Below, in pieces: positions 10,142-19,144 of a DNA stretch of 64,000 nt; position 1 is the first letter of the stretch, and each line of letters begins with the position of its first letter. The position numbers and the translations under genes are program-made. The DNA is taken from NCBI GenBank assembly GCA_964620965.1, contig CAZUHV010000001.1, positions 213,839 to 277,838 on the forward strand, read 5' to 3'. The stretch comes from an uncultured Pseudomonadales bacterium. GTDB lineage: Bacteria; Patescibacteriota; Microgenomatia; UBA1400; PJMF01. The notes below the pieces were generated by a model that had not been told where the DNA came from, made no database searches, and worked only from the letters and a program-made list of their open reading frames with translations.

Positions 10142-11404
10142 ATGATACAGACCATGCAAAAAATTAAATTGGTATTCTTATTTTTTGTCATCTCTTTCCT
10201 CTTTCAGAGTTCATCTGTGTATGCAGCAGAAAATTGTGAAGAAAAACATAAATGTGAAAGTGGGAGCGATACATTTGAACAATGCCTTAAAGATAAAATC
10301 AACTGTTTAGAAAATAATTTAAGCGAAACTAAAGAGAAAAAAACAACATTAGAAAATGCAATCAGTATCATTAATGGAAATATTAATATACAACAGGTAA
10401 AAATTTCACAGACAAAAAACGAAATCTCTCAGCTTGAAACTGAAATAACAGAACTAGATAACAGAATTTCAGGATTAAGCATTTCATTAGATAGACTCTC
10501 AACACTTTTAGTAGAACGTATCAGAACTCAATATAAACGCGAACAAGTTAATCCTTTAAGCTTTGTTGCATCTTCAAAATCTTTAGCAAATTTTGTTTCA
10601 CAATTTAGGTATCTTCGCTTAGCTGGGCAACAAACAGCTCAAGCAATGCAAAAAGCAGACAGTCAAAAAGCGATTTATGACACTCAAAAGGAACTTAAAG
10701 AGCTAAAACAAGCAGAAGTCGAAACAAAACGATTTGAACTTCAAAGTGAGCAAAACGTACTTGTTGGACAAAGACAAGAACAGCAAAATTTACTCAGTGT
10801 TACAAAAAATGATGAAGAAAAATTTCAGCAACTACTTAAAGAAGCTCAAGAACAAATAGATGCTATTAGAAGATACACAACAAGTAAAGGTGGAGCTTCT
10901 ATACTTTCTGGGCTAACTAAATGTGATGATTGGGGTTGTTACTATAATCAAAGAGATAGCCAATGGGGTAATCAACTTATAGGAAAAAGTAATGAAACAA
11001 TGGCCGAAGTTGGTTGTTTAATTACCTCTGTTGCTATGATCACTTCACATTATGGAAAAACACTCACCCCTGCACAAATTGCTGCTAGCTCAAATCCATT
11101 TTTTTATAATACTGCAGACATGCTCTGGACTTGGTCTGGACCAGTAAATGGAGTTACTGCAACAAGATCAAGGATTGGTTATAACTCTTCTGCACTAGAT
11201 GGAGAGCTTAATTCTGGTAAACCAGTAATTGTAAGAATTTCTGCTGCTAATAGTGTTGGAACCCATTTTGTTGTTATCACTAAAAAAGTAGATGGTAAAT
11301 ACATTATGAAAGATCCATATGAGGCCGATGGAAATGATATCCCTTTTACCGATAAACACTCGCTATCTCAAATTACAGCTGTTGATAGAGTTACAGTTTA
11401 TTAA
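10142..11404 (+). CDS. Secreted coiled-coil protein with C-terminal C39-like cysteine peptidase (PcsB/CwlO-like architecture)
   Basis: Signal peptide, ~200-aa coiled coil, YYNQRDSQW, VGCLITS (Cys), THFVVI (His), MKDP (Asp). Confidence 0.75.
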   Translation: MIQTMQKIKLVFLFFVISFLFQSSSVYAAENCEEKHKCESGSDTFEQCLKDKINCLENNLSETKEKKTTLENAISIINGNINIQQVKISQTKNEISQLETEITELDNRISGLSISLDRLSTLLVERIRTQYKREQVNPLSFVASSKSLANFVSQFRYLRLAGQQTAQAMQKADSQKAIYDTQKELKELKQAEVETKRFELQSEQNVLVGQRQEQQNLLSVTKNDEEKFQQLLKEAQEQIDAIRRYTTSKGGASILSGLTKCDDWGCYYNQRDSQWGNQLIGKSNETMAEVGCLITSVAMITSHYGKTLTPAQIAASSNPFFYNTADMLWTWSGPVNGVTATRSRIGYNSSALDGELNSGKPVIVRISAANSVGTHFVVITKKVDGKYIMKDPYEADGNDIPFTDKHSLSQITAVDRVTVY

Positions 11405-11444
11405 CTATTTTTTATTCACACTGGAGTTACAGTTATTGTAAGAA

Positions 11445-12194
11445 TTGGTACTTACAATAATAACTGTGAAAATACTTATTTTTACAGCTATCCTATTTTT
11501 CTTGTTTGCTACTCCTGCCCATGCTCAAGTAGTAATCTCTGAAGTATATCCTGCCCCTACTTCAGAAGAAAAAGAATGGATTAAAGTTCTCAATACAGGT
11601 TCTGAAACTGTGGATATTTCTGGTTGGAAGCTATTTGAACATTTTTCTAGCAAAAATGAACTAACTACAATTACAGATGTTATTTTAGAAAGTGGTGAAA
11701 TATACACATACACACTAGAAAGTAACAAACTCAATAATTCAGAAGAAAAAGTTACACTAGAAAATCTAGAACATGAAGAAATAAGCTCTGTGCACTATAC
11801 CAATGCAGAATCTCAAAAAAGTATAACATTTTTTTCTGAAAATACGCTAAATGAGGATACAAATATAGAACCAACAGCGATCCCAACTCTCGTTCCTACT
11901 ACAAAAAAAAGCTCAAATCCTAGTAATCAACAACATGAAACTCAAGTTGAAAATACTCAAGAAGGAGAAACTCATGTTGAACAAACTATCCCAAAAATAA
12001 ACAAAGAATTGGAACTGCATAAAAAAGTTGTGTCTCTATTAAAACTCCCTAGTATAGAAAAAATTGAAAAAGAAAACCTAGAAAAAGTATTACCAAAATT
12101 TTCCTATATTGTTCAAAATAAAGTATCAAAAACAGGAGTAATAAGTGCTATAATTGGTGGATTACTAGTACTAACTACAGGGATATTACTTTGA
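11445..12194 (+). CDS. Lamin-tail-domain surface protein with C-terminal TM anchor (likely GTG start at 11466)
   Basis: VVISEVYP...EWIKVLNTGSETVDISGWKL...LNNSEE lamin-tail pattern; signal peptide. Confidence 0.7.
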   Translation: MVLTIITVKILIFTAILFFLFATPAHAQVVISEVYPAPTSEEKEWIKVLNTGSETVDISGWKLFEHFSSKNELTTITDVILESGEIYTYTLESNKLNNSEEKVTLENLEHEEISSVHYTNAESQKSITFFSENTLNEDTNIEPTAIPTLVPTTKKSSNPSNQQHETQVENTQEGETHVEQTIPKINKELELHKKVVSLLKLPSIEKIEKENLEKVLPKFSYIVQNKVSKTGVISAIIGGLLVLTTGILL

Positions 12195-12583
12195 GTATTT
12201 TTAGAAAAAACATCACTTTCAAGGAAATTTGTATCGCCTATCTTCCTTCAGTTTTGTGGGCTACACTTATCTTTACCTTCTCTTCACAAACAACCCTTCC
12301 TGGATTTGAAGAATCTGCGTATGATTTTATCTTGAAAAAGACGGCACATATAGCTGTGTACTTAATTTTATATCTTTTAGTTTTTCGATCCGTGACACTA
12401 ACATCTGATGAAAAAAACAAAAAACTGCTCTTATGGCTCCCAGTTACTGTCTGCCTACTCTATGCAATAACAGATGAATTTCACCAATCTCTTGTTCCTG
12501 GTAGATACTCAACCATCAGAGATATTGGGTATGATATGCTCGGGGTGAGCATTGCATTTTTAAAGAAATTTGGCTATATATAG
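12191..12583 (+). CDS. VanZ-like membrane protein
   Basis: KTAH, YAITDEFHQSLVPGR, RDIGYD motifs. Confidence 0.85.
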   Translation: MSIFRKNITFKEICIAYLPSVLWATLIFTFSSQTTLPGFEESAYDFILKKTAHIAVYLILYLLVFRSVTLTSDEKNKKLLLWLPVTVCLLYAITDEFHQSLVPGRYSTIRDIGYDMLGVSIAFLKKFGYI

Positions 12584-12618
12584 GCATATTAATTATATTT
12601 CAGGTTTTAAAATGAAGC

Positions 12619-12646
12619 TTGACAGCATTAAAAAAAAGTTGATAAT
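12619..12646 (+). promoter_or_regulatory. Sigma70-type promoter for the HU gene
   Basis: TTGACA-N16-GATAAT. Confidence 0.55.
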
Positions 12647-12733
12647 AGTTCATCTACGGGAATAATTTTAATTGATACGTTTATAAAATATTATTAAGTA
12701 GTGCTATAAAAAATCCTTAGAAAGGCTATCCAA

Positions 12734-13009
12734 ATGACTAAATCTCAATTGATTGCAGTTGTTGCTAAAAAAGCACACCTCACAAAAAAAGCTTCTAACG
12801 ATGCTGTTGAAAGCATGTTTGAAGAAATGATTAGAGCACTCAAAAAAGGTGAAAAAGTTGTCATCTCTGGCTTTGGTACATTTTATGTAAGCAAAGTTGG
12901 TGACAAGCAAGTCGTCCCTTTTGGTGACGAAGCAAAACGCCAAACCATTAAAGGTCACAAGGTTGTCAACTTCAGAGTTGGTAAACCTCTTAAAAAAGAA
13001 GTTTGGTAA
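12734..13009 (+). CDS. hup: HU-family DNA-binding protein
   Basis: MTKSQLI..., GEKVVISGFGTF, FRVGKPLK. Confidence 0.92.
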   Translation: MTKSQLIAVVAKKAHLTKKASNDAVESMFEEMIRALKKGEKVVISGFGTFYVSKVGDKQVVPFGDEAKRQTIKGHKVVNFRVGKPLKKEVW

Positions 13010-13024
13010 ACACACTTTTACATT

Positions 13025-13061
13025 AAAAACCTCAGCGTGTGAAAACATACTGAGGTTTTTT
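13025..13061 (+). terminator. Intrinsic terminator after hup
   Basis: AAAAACCTCAG...CTGAGGTTTTTT hairpin with T-tract. Confidence 0.8.
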
Positions 13062-13120
13062 AGTTTTTTATTTAAAATAATTCGACAAAAAATTCCTATT
13101 CAAGATGTTAAAATGAATGG

Positions 13121-13921
13121 GTGTTAAAAAAATATTACTCAATTTTTCGTTACATGTTCGTGAGAACACTGCAATTTAGAGCAGAGGTTGTGGTATATAG
13201 TTTTTTAGATGTTCTACCATACTTCGTACTCTTTTTTGTTTGGAAAGCAATATTTAACCAGGTTGACACCGTTAATAGCTTCACACTTCCAGAAATCATT
13301 AACTACTATCTACTTGTCATAGTTATTGAAAGACTGAGTGCAACACACTTTGAAACTTGGCGCAGTGAAGAAATTCGAATGGGAAAAATTGACTACTTTC
13401 TTACAAGACCTTTTTCATACCTCAGTGAAATCTACTCAAAAGAGCTCAGTTCCAAAATCATCAGTATTTTATTTTCTATCCCAATTGTTTCACTTTTTTT
13501 TGTTGCAAATATATATATCTATCAAATAGACCAATCATACGTTACCATTCCAAACTTACTACTCTTTTTGGTGCTAATGATATTGGCACACACTATCCAA
13601 TTTTTTATTGCACTATGGATTGTTTTGCTCACGTTCTGGATGGAAGGATCAAGTGGCTTAGAACATTTTAAGTGGATTACCCTTACCCTCTTTAGTGGAG
13701 CAATGATTCCAATACAGTTTATGCCAGATTGGCTTAAGTCACTCACAAATCTGCTCCCATTCAAATATGTCTTTGCAGTCCCTATACAAATTCTACAAAA
13801 CAGCTACACTCTCAATACTACAGATTATTTATATATATCCTCACTCCTAGTAGGTATGTTCATTTTTACAAAGATTTTATGGAATAGAGCAAAATTAAAG
13901 TATTGCTCTTCTGGTGGATAA
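13121..13921 (+). CDS. ABC-2 family (DUF990-type) permease, pair 1 subunit A
   Basis: Multi-TM; IRMGKIDYFLTRP, FSGAMIPIQFMP, LPFKY. Confidence 0.8.
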   Translation: MLKKYYSIFRYMFVRTLQFRAEVVVYSFLDVLPYFVLFFVWKAIFNQVDTVNSFTLPEIINYYLLVIVIERLSATHFETWRSEEIRMGKIDYFLTRPFSYLSEIYSKELSSKIISILFSIPIVSLFFVANIYIYQIDQSYVTIPNLLLFLVLMILAHTIQFFIALWIVLLTFWMEGSSGLEHFKWITLTLFSGAMIPIQFMPDWLKSLTNLLPFKYVFAVPIQILQNSYTLNTTDYLYISSLLVGMFIFTKILWNRAKLKYCSSGG

Positions 13922-13923
13922 CT

Positions 13924-14712
13924 ATGAAAAAATATTGGCAATTATTCTTAGCTTTTAGAAAAATTCAATTCATGAAAATGCTTGAATACAGAAGCGATTT
14001 TTGGTTCTGGATGTTTGTTTCCTTAATGTGGACTGGCTTTAATTATTTCTACTTTGGACTAGTTTTTTCACAAGGAAAAGGAATAGAGGGTTGGAACTAT
14101 GATCAAATTCTTTTGCTCATCTCGTTTTACACAATGATTGACGCCTTTACTTGGTCTGTTTTTTGGCCCAATATGAGTGAGTTTACAAAAGAAGTCTTTG
14201 ACGGTGAGATGAGTAAATATCTAGTTAAACCAGTGAATACTGTTTACCTTGTATTAACTCAACGTGCCACATACCATAATCTTCCAAGATTTTTTGTAGG
14301 CTTTTTTGTGCTCATTCATACTATTCAAAAACTCCAACTAACTTTGACACTGCCACAAATACTCTTAGCAATTACATTATTCTGTTTTGGAATTCTACTT
14401 ATCTATAGCTGTTGGTTCATGCTCGCAACACTCTCTTTTTGGGTTGAAAGACTAACCAACATAAATGAAATAATGCCACAGTTTAGGTCTGTATACCAAG
14501 TACCAGCAAAGGTATTCACAGGAATACCAGGATTTATTTTTAGTTTTATTCTCCCACTTGGCCTAGTAACCACAGTACCAAGTGAAATACTACTTGGAAA
14601 AAATAATCTCTTTCTCGCCCTCTATCTGATAATATTAAGTATTATTTTCTTTGCAATCGCAGTAAAATTTTTTAATATTTCAATAAAAAAATATTCAAGT
14701 GTAGGAGGTTAA
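13924..14712 (+). CDS. ABC-2 family (DUF990-type) permease, pair 1 subunit B
   Basis: Multi-TM; EYRSDF, GEMSKYLVKPVN, C-terminal YSSVGG; ATG at 13924. Confidence 0.8.
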   Translation: MKKYWQLFLAFRKIQFMKMLEYRSDFWFWMFVSLMWTGFNYFYFGLVFSQGKGIEGWNYDQILLLISFYTMIDAFTWSVFWPNMSEFTKEVFDGEMSKYLVKPVNTVYLVLTQRATYHNLPRFFVGFFVLIHTIQKLQLTLTLPQILLAITLFCFGILLIYSCWFMLATLSFWVERLTNINEIMPQFRSVYQVPAKVFTGIPGFIFSFILPLGLVTTVPSEILLGKNNLFLALYLIILSIIFFAIAVKFFNISIKKYSSVGG

Positions 14713-14731
14713 TCTAAGGTAAAATATATAT

Positions 14732-15718
14732 ATGAGTACTAAAAACATAATATCAGTTAAAAATTTATCAAAACACTTCCAAGTGTATAAAAAAGAGCCA
14801 GGTCTAATGGGATCATTTAAATCTCTCTTTGTACGAAACTATGAAACTGTAAAAGCAGTTAATGATGTTTCATTCGATATCGCAGAAGGTGAAATTATCG
14901 GATTTATTGGACAAAATGGTGCTGGAAAAACAACAACACTCAAAATGCTTTCAGGGCTTTTATATCCAAGCACTGGAGAAGTTTCTGTTTTAGGATTCAA
15001 TCCTTGGGATAGAAAACCAGAATTTCAAAAACAATTCGCTTTAATCATGGGTCAAAAAAATCAACTGTGGTGGGATCTCCCAGCAATCGAGTCATTTTTG
15101 CTGAATAAAGCAATTTATGAAATTCCAGACAAGCAATTTGATGAAACCCTAGAAAAATTAAGTACACTCCTTGAAGTTAAAGACGTTTTGCAGATTCAAG
15201 TTAGAAAACTATCTCTAGGACAAAGAATGAAGTGTGAACTTATTGCTGCACTCCTTCATAATCCAAAAGTGTTATTCCTTGATGAGCCAACTATTGGACT
15301 AGATGTTGTTATGCAAAAAACACTTCGTGATTTTATCAAAGAATACAACAAACAGTTTGGAGCAACAATAATTCTGACAAGTCACTACATGGATGATGTC
15401 AAAGAGCTCTGTGAAAGAGTTATTATTATTGATCACGGAACTAAGGTCTATGATGGAAACCTGAATAAAATTATAGAAAAATACGCCAGAAACAAAATTC
15501 TCTCTCTAAACTTCACAGAAAATATTACGGAAAAAGAACTACAAACGTATGGTCAAATTAAATCATTTGATGATACTCAAGCAACACTATTAGTACAAAG
15601 AAGTGAAGCAACAAAAATAGCAGCAAAATTACTGAATAAATATAAAATTAACGACCTTAATATTGAGGAAGTTCCAATTGAAGCAATTATCAGAGAGATT
15701 TTTTCTTCAAAAAAATAA
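14732..15718 (+). CDS. ABC transporter ATP-binding protein
   Basis: GQNGAGKTT, LSLGQRMK, FLDEPTIGLD, LTSHYM. Confidence 0.92.
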   Translation: MSTKNIISVKNLSKHFQVYKKEPGLMGSFKSLFVRNYETVKAVNDVSFDIAEGEIIGFIGQNGAGKTTTLKMLSGLLYPSTGEVSVLGFNPWDRKPEFQKQFALIMGQKNQLWWDLPAIESFLLNKAIYEIPDKQFDETLEKLSTLLEVKDVLQIQVRKLSLGQRMKCELIAALLHNPKVLFLDEPTIGLDVVMQKTLRDFIKEYNKQFGATIILTSHYMDDVKELCERVIIIDHGTKVYDGNLNKIIEKYARNKILSLNFTENITEKELQTYGQIKSFDDTQATLLVQRSEATKIAAKLLNKYKINDLNIEEVPIEAIIREIFSSKK

Positions 15719-15721
15719 AAA

Positions 15722-16516
15722 ATGTTTAAAAAATACATTTCTTTATTACAATTAACCTGGCAAAACGGGTTAGTCTACAGAACAAGTGTCATTATGTGGA
15801 GGCTCAGGCAATTCTTGGGAACTCTAATGTCACTCACTGTTTGGGTTGTGATTTTTCAAAGTAATCCTCAAGCTTTTAACTATACAAAAGACAGCATGAT
15901 TACCTATATATTTTTAGTTTCGTTCCTACAAAGTGTCATTATTGCATCAGCACTTAATGACCTAGCAAATAGGGTTTATTCTGGGGAAATTAGTAATCAT
16001 TTACTCAAACCTATCAATATTTTTGGTTACTTTGCTATTGAAGAAATTGCGGATAAAGCAAAAAATATACTCTTCCTTTTGCTTGAAATTATTATCTTAT
16101 ATTTCATCTTCAAGCCAACTATTGTGCTACCAGAAATTGCAACATTTTTTCTTTTCATCATTTGGTCATTCTTAGGGCTCATGCTTAACTTTATTATTTC
16201 TTTGCTCTTTGGAGCATTTGGCTTCTGGAGCCCAGATACATGGGGACCACGATTTCTTTTTTTTATGATCCTCAACTTTACTGCAGGCAAACTCTTTCCT
16301 TTAGATATTCTGCCAGAAATCGTACAAAAAATTCTCTATGCCACTCCATTTCCATATCTTTCATTTGTGCAAATTCAACTCTTTTTGGGAAGATTCAGCC
16401 ACTCTGAAATTCTGCAACACGGTTTTACATTATTCTTTTGGGTGGTGATTCTTGGAGCAATCGCATCAAAACTATGGAAAAAAGGACTAAAAAGTTATGA
16501 ATCTGCAGGTCGCTAA
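15722..16516 (+). CDS. ABC-2 family (DUF990-type) permease, pair 2 subunit A
   Basis: Multi-TM; GEISNHLLKP, AGKLFPLDILP, C-terminal YESAGR. Confidence 0.8.
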   Translation: MFKKYISLLQLTWQNGLVYRTSVIMWRLRQFLGTLMSLTVWVVIFQSNPQAFNYTKDSMITYIFLVSFLQSVIIASALNDLANRVYSGEISNHLLKPINIFGYFAIEEIADKAKNILFLLLEIIILYFIFKPTIVLPEIATFFLFIIWSFLGLMLNFIISLLFGAFGFWSPDTWGPRFLFFMILNFTAGKLFPLDILPEIVQKILYATPFPYLSFVQIQLFLGRFSHSEILQHGFTLFFWVVILGAIASKLWKKGLKSYESAGR

Positions 16517-16529
16517 TACATAATTCAGT

Positions 16530-17357
16530 GTGTTGGCAGCCATCATGAAAAAAATATATATGAAAAATAAAATCAGTACATATCTGAAAGTCTGGAGTAT
16601 TTTTGGAAAAAATGCCTGGCAAGAAACGTTTGTAAATCGAGCTTCAAATGTACTTTTTATGCTTGGAAAAATCATAAGGCTGGTCATGTCGTTGTTATTT
16701 TTGTTTTTAATTAGACAAAATGTAACAACTTTTGCGGGATATACCAGTGACCAAATGGTTGTCTTCTTTCTAACCTACCAAATCATTGATATTGTTACAC
16801 AAGTTGTTTTTAGAGGAGTATATATATTCAGCAACCTAGTTCGAAGTGGTGAATTTGACTTCTTGCTAACCAAACCTATCAATCCACTTTTTAGAGCTTT
16901 AACTGGGAAACCAGATATCAATGATTTTTTATTCTTGTTCCCAAATCTACTACTTTTTGGATACATCATAAGTATTCTAGATGTAACAGTTACAGTTTCC
17001 TCTATCATCTTATACATCGCCCTCTTTCTCAATGCATTCTTAATCGCTACAGCTCTTCATATTCTCGTTTTGGTAGTTGGAATCCTTACCACAGAAGTTG
17101 ATGGGGTAATTTGGATATATCGTGATTTAAGCCATATGGGGCGCTTCCCCGTAGCAATCTACATGGAACCACTTCGTTTTATTCTCTTTTTTCTGATCCC
17201 AATTGGAATGATGATCACTATTCCAACAGAAGCCTTACTTGGAATCCAGCCAACATATAGCATTATAGTTGCATTTTTAGTTGGAATTGGAAGTTTATTA
17301 GTTAGCCTAAAAGCCTGGAATTGGGCTTTAACTAAATACTCAAGCACGGGGAGTTAA
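16530..17357 (+). CDS. ABC-2 family (DUF990-type) permease, pair 2 subunit B (start may be ~16560)
   Basis: Multi-TM; VRSGEFDFLLTKPINPLF, C-terminal YSSTGS. Confidence 0.8.
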   Translation: MLAAIMKKIYMKNKISTYLKVWSIFGKNAWQETFVNRASNVLFMLGKIIRLVMSLLFLFLIRQNVTTFAGYTSDQMVVFFLTYQIIDIVTQVVFRGVYIFSNLVRSGEFDFLLTKPINPLFRALTGKPDINDFLFLFPNLLLFGYIISILDVTVTVSSIILYIALFLNAFLIATALHILVLVVGILTTEVDGVIWIYRDLSHMGRFPVAIYMEPLRFILFFLIPIGMMITIPTEALLGIQPTYSIIVAFLVGIGSLLVSLKAWNWALTKYSSTGS

Positions 17358-17372
17358 AGCTCATTTATCTTC

Positions 17373-17402
17373 AAAAAACCCCCATTTTTTTGGGGGTTTT
17401 TC
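17373..17402. terminator. Bidirectional intrinsic terminator between the convergent ABC and ribosomal operons
   Basis: AAAAACCCCCA-loop-TGGGGGTTTTT inverted repeat with tracts on both sides. Confidence 0.8.
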
Positions 17403-17407
17403 ATTTC

Positions 17408-17587
17408 TTATTTAAGAGGAACTCGTTTATCTTTTCTTTTTTTAATCTTTTGCTTCATTATTCCTAGCCATATATCCTGGTTTCTATTTCTAGAGGAAAT
17501 AACTAGTTGTGCATAAAATTGAGTCACCGCTTCTTGAAGCTGGTGTAATTCAGTTTTAAGAGCTTCTGGATTGTATTTTTTATTCAT
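17408..17587 (-). CDS. Small hypothetical basic protein, 59 aa
   Basis: Hand translation MNKKYNPEALKTELHQLQEAVTQFYAQLVISSRNRNQDIWLGIMKQKIKKRKDKRVPLK*; GGAG 5 nt before ATG; fills the gap between rpsI and the terminator. Confidence 0.55.
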   Translation of the reverse strand: MNKKYNPEALKTELHQLQEAVTQFYAQLVISSRNRNQDIWLGIMKQKIKKRKDKRVPLK

Positions 17588-17617
17588 ACAACTCCAATCT
17601 AAAACAAATCCAAAAGT

Positions 17618-18130
17618 TTAACGTTTTGGAGATTGTCTCTTTCTTCTTGCTTTTCCACCAGTTCCAATTTTTCTGGTTTCTTTCATTCTGTCGTCGCGAG
17701 TTAATAAACCTGCTGGTTTTAACAATGCTCTAAAAGATGGATCGTATTTAACCAATGCTCTAGCAATACCATGAATCATAGCTTCTAATTGAGAAGCTGC
17801 ACCAGAGCCTTCAATTTTAGCACTAACACTAAATTTACCTTTAGTTCCAGTTAATTCAAATGGAACGTTGTATCTAGAAGCAACGTTTGGAATTGTATTA
17901 AAGTATTGTCCAACAACTTTATCATTAACGACAAAATCACCATCAGATTCATATAATCTAACACGTGCAGTAGCAACTTTTCTTCTGCCTAATGCTTCGA
18001 CGTATTTACCTGTTGGTAAGGTTACTGGACCAGCTACAACAGCTGCTCTTGGAGCAACTTTTTTAACTTTTGTGGTTTTCTTAACAACTTTTTGAGCAGT
18101 TGTTTTCTTTTTAGATAGTTTTAATGCCAT
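17618..18130 (-). CDS. rpsI: 30S ribosomal protein S9 with Lys-rich N-terminal extension
   Basis: GRRKVATARV, LLTRDDRMKETRK, KARRKRQSPKR. Confidence 0.95.
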   Translation of the reverse strand: MALKLSKKKTTAQKVVKKTTKVKKVAPRAAVVAGPVTLPTGKYVEALGRRKVATARVRLYESDGDFVVNDKVVGQYFNTIPNVASRYNVPFELTGTKGKFSVSAKIEGSGAASQLEAMIHGIARALVKYDPSFRALLKPAGLLTRDDRMKETRKIGTGGKARRKRQSPKR

Positions 18131-18131
18131 A

Positions 18132-18557
18132 TTATTTACTTGCTCCTAATTGACTAGTGTGTTTGTGTTCACTTCCAGCATACACTTTAAGACGGGTCAT
18201 TCTTTGGTCTTGAAGTTTATTTTTTGGAAGCATGTTTTTAACAGCCTGTTCAATAATTCTTTCTGGGAACAAAACTCTTTGTTTTGCTAAGTTCTTGCTC
18301 TTCAAACCTCCTGGAAAGTTTGAATGAGTGTAGTACATTTTGTCTTGTTCTTTGTTTCCGGTTACTGCAACTTCTCTTGCATTGATCACAACAACGTAAT
18401 CACCACCATCAATATGTGGAGTGTATTCTTTTTTGTTCTTACCAACAAGCTTTCTTGCGATATCGGTTGCGAGTCTACCAAGAACTTTTCCTTTAGCATC
18501 AACAAGATGCCATTCTCTTGTAACCTCGCTGGTTTTTTGTGTATATGTCTTTTGCAT
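18132..18557 (-). CDS. rplM: 50S ribosomal protein L13
   Basis: [31 protein letters not shown]. Confidence 0.97.
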   Translation of the reverse strand: MQKTYTQKTSEVTREWHLVDAKGKVLGRLATDIARKLVGKNKKEYTPHIDGGDYVVVINAREVAVTGNKEQDKMYYTHSNFPGGLKSKNLAKQRVLFPERIIEQAVKNMLPKNKLQDQRMTRLKVYAGSEHKHTSQLGASK

Positions 18558-18559
18558 GC

Positions 18560-19117
18560 TTATTTAGATTCCTTCTTTACTGCACTTGAGCGGACAGTTT
18601 TTGCTCTTGCAGCTTTAGTTGCAACCATATCTTTGGTTACAGGAGCTTTAACTGAAGCATTTTTCTTAACTGTTTCTTTTTTAACAGCTTTTGCTGGAGC
18701 TTTCTTCACAGCTTTTACTTCTTTTTTAGCTTCTGTATTCTTGAGTGTTCCAACTGTTTCTGGTTTAACAACCAAAGTTACTTCTGCCATTTTGGTGTTG
18801 TCACCTCTTCTGACGCCAACTTTAGTTATACGTGTAAAACCAGATACTCTGTCTGTAAACTCTGGAGCTATTCTGTCTACTAATGTATTAACGACGTCTC
18901 TTGTACCAAAGAATCTGTGAAGAGTTCTTCTTGTTTCAAGAGTACCATCTTTAGCTTTACCAATAAGCTTGTCAGCAATTCTTTTCACTTCTTTAGCTTT
19001 TGCTTCTGTTGTAACAATTGTGCCTGTTTCAACTAAAGATCTTACTAAAGTTTTGAAAAGTGCTTTTCTGCTCTTAGTATCTCTATTAAATTTTTTAATT
19101 TTACTTCTGTGTCTCAT
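18560..19117 (-). CDS. rplQ: 50S ribosomal protein L17 with K/A-rich C-terminal tail
   Basis: [26 protein letters not shown]. Confidence 0.95.
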   Translation of the reverse strand: MRHRSKIKKFNRDTKSRKALFKTLVRSLVETGTIVTTEAKAKEVKRIADKLIGKAKDGTLETRRTLHRFFGTRDVVNTLVDRIAPEFTDRVSGFTRITKVGVRRGDNTKMAEVTLVVKPETVGTLKNTEAKKEVKAVKKAPAKAVKKETVKKNASVKAPVTKDMVATKAARAKTVRSSAVKKESK

Positions 19118-19144
19118 GATAGCAATCTACGTATCTTAAGATGA

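Noticed and set aside
12191-12583. VanZ as evidence of a glycopeptide-resistance cluster
   Set aside because: VanZ-like proteins are widespread and no vanHAX or vanRS genes are present
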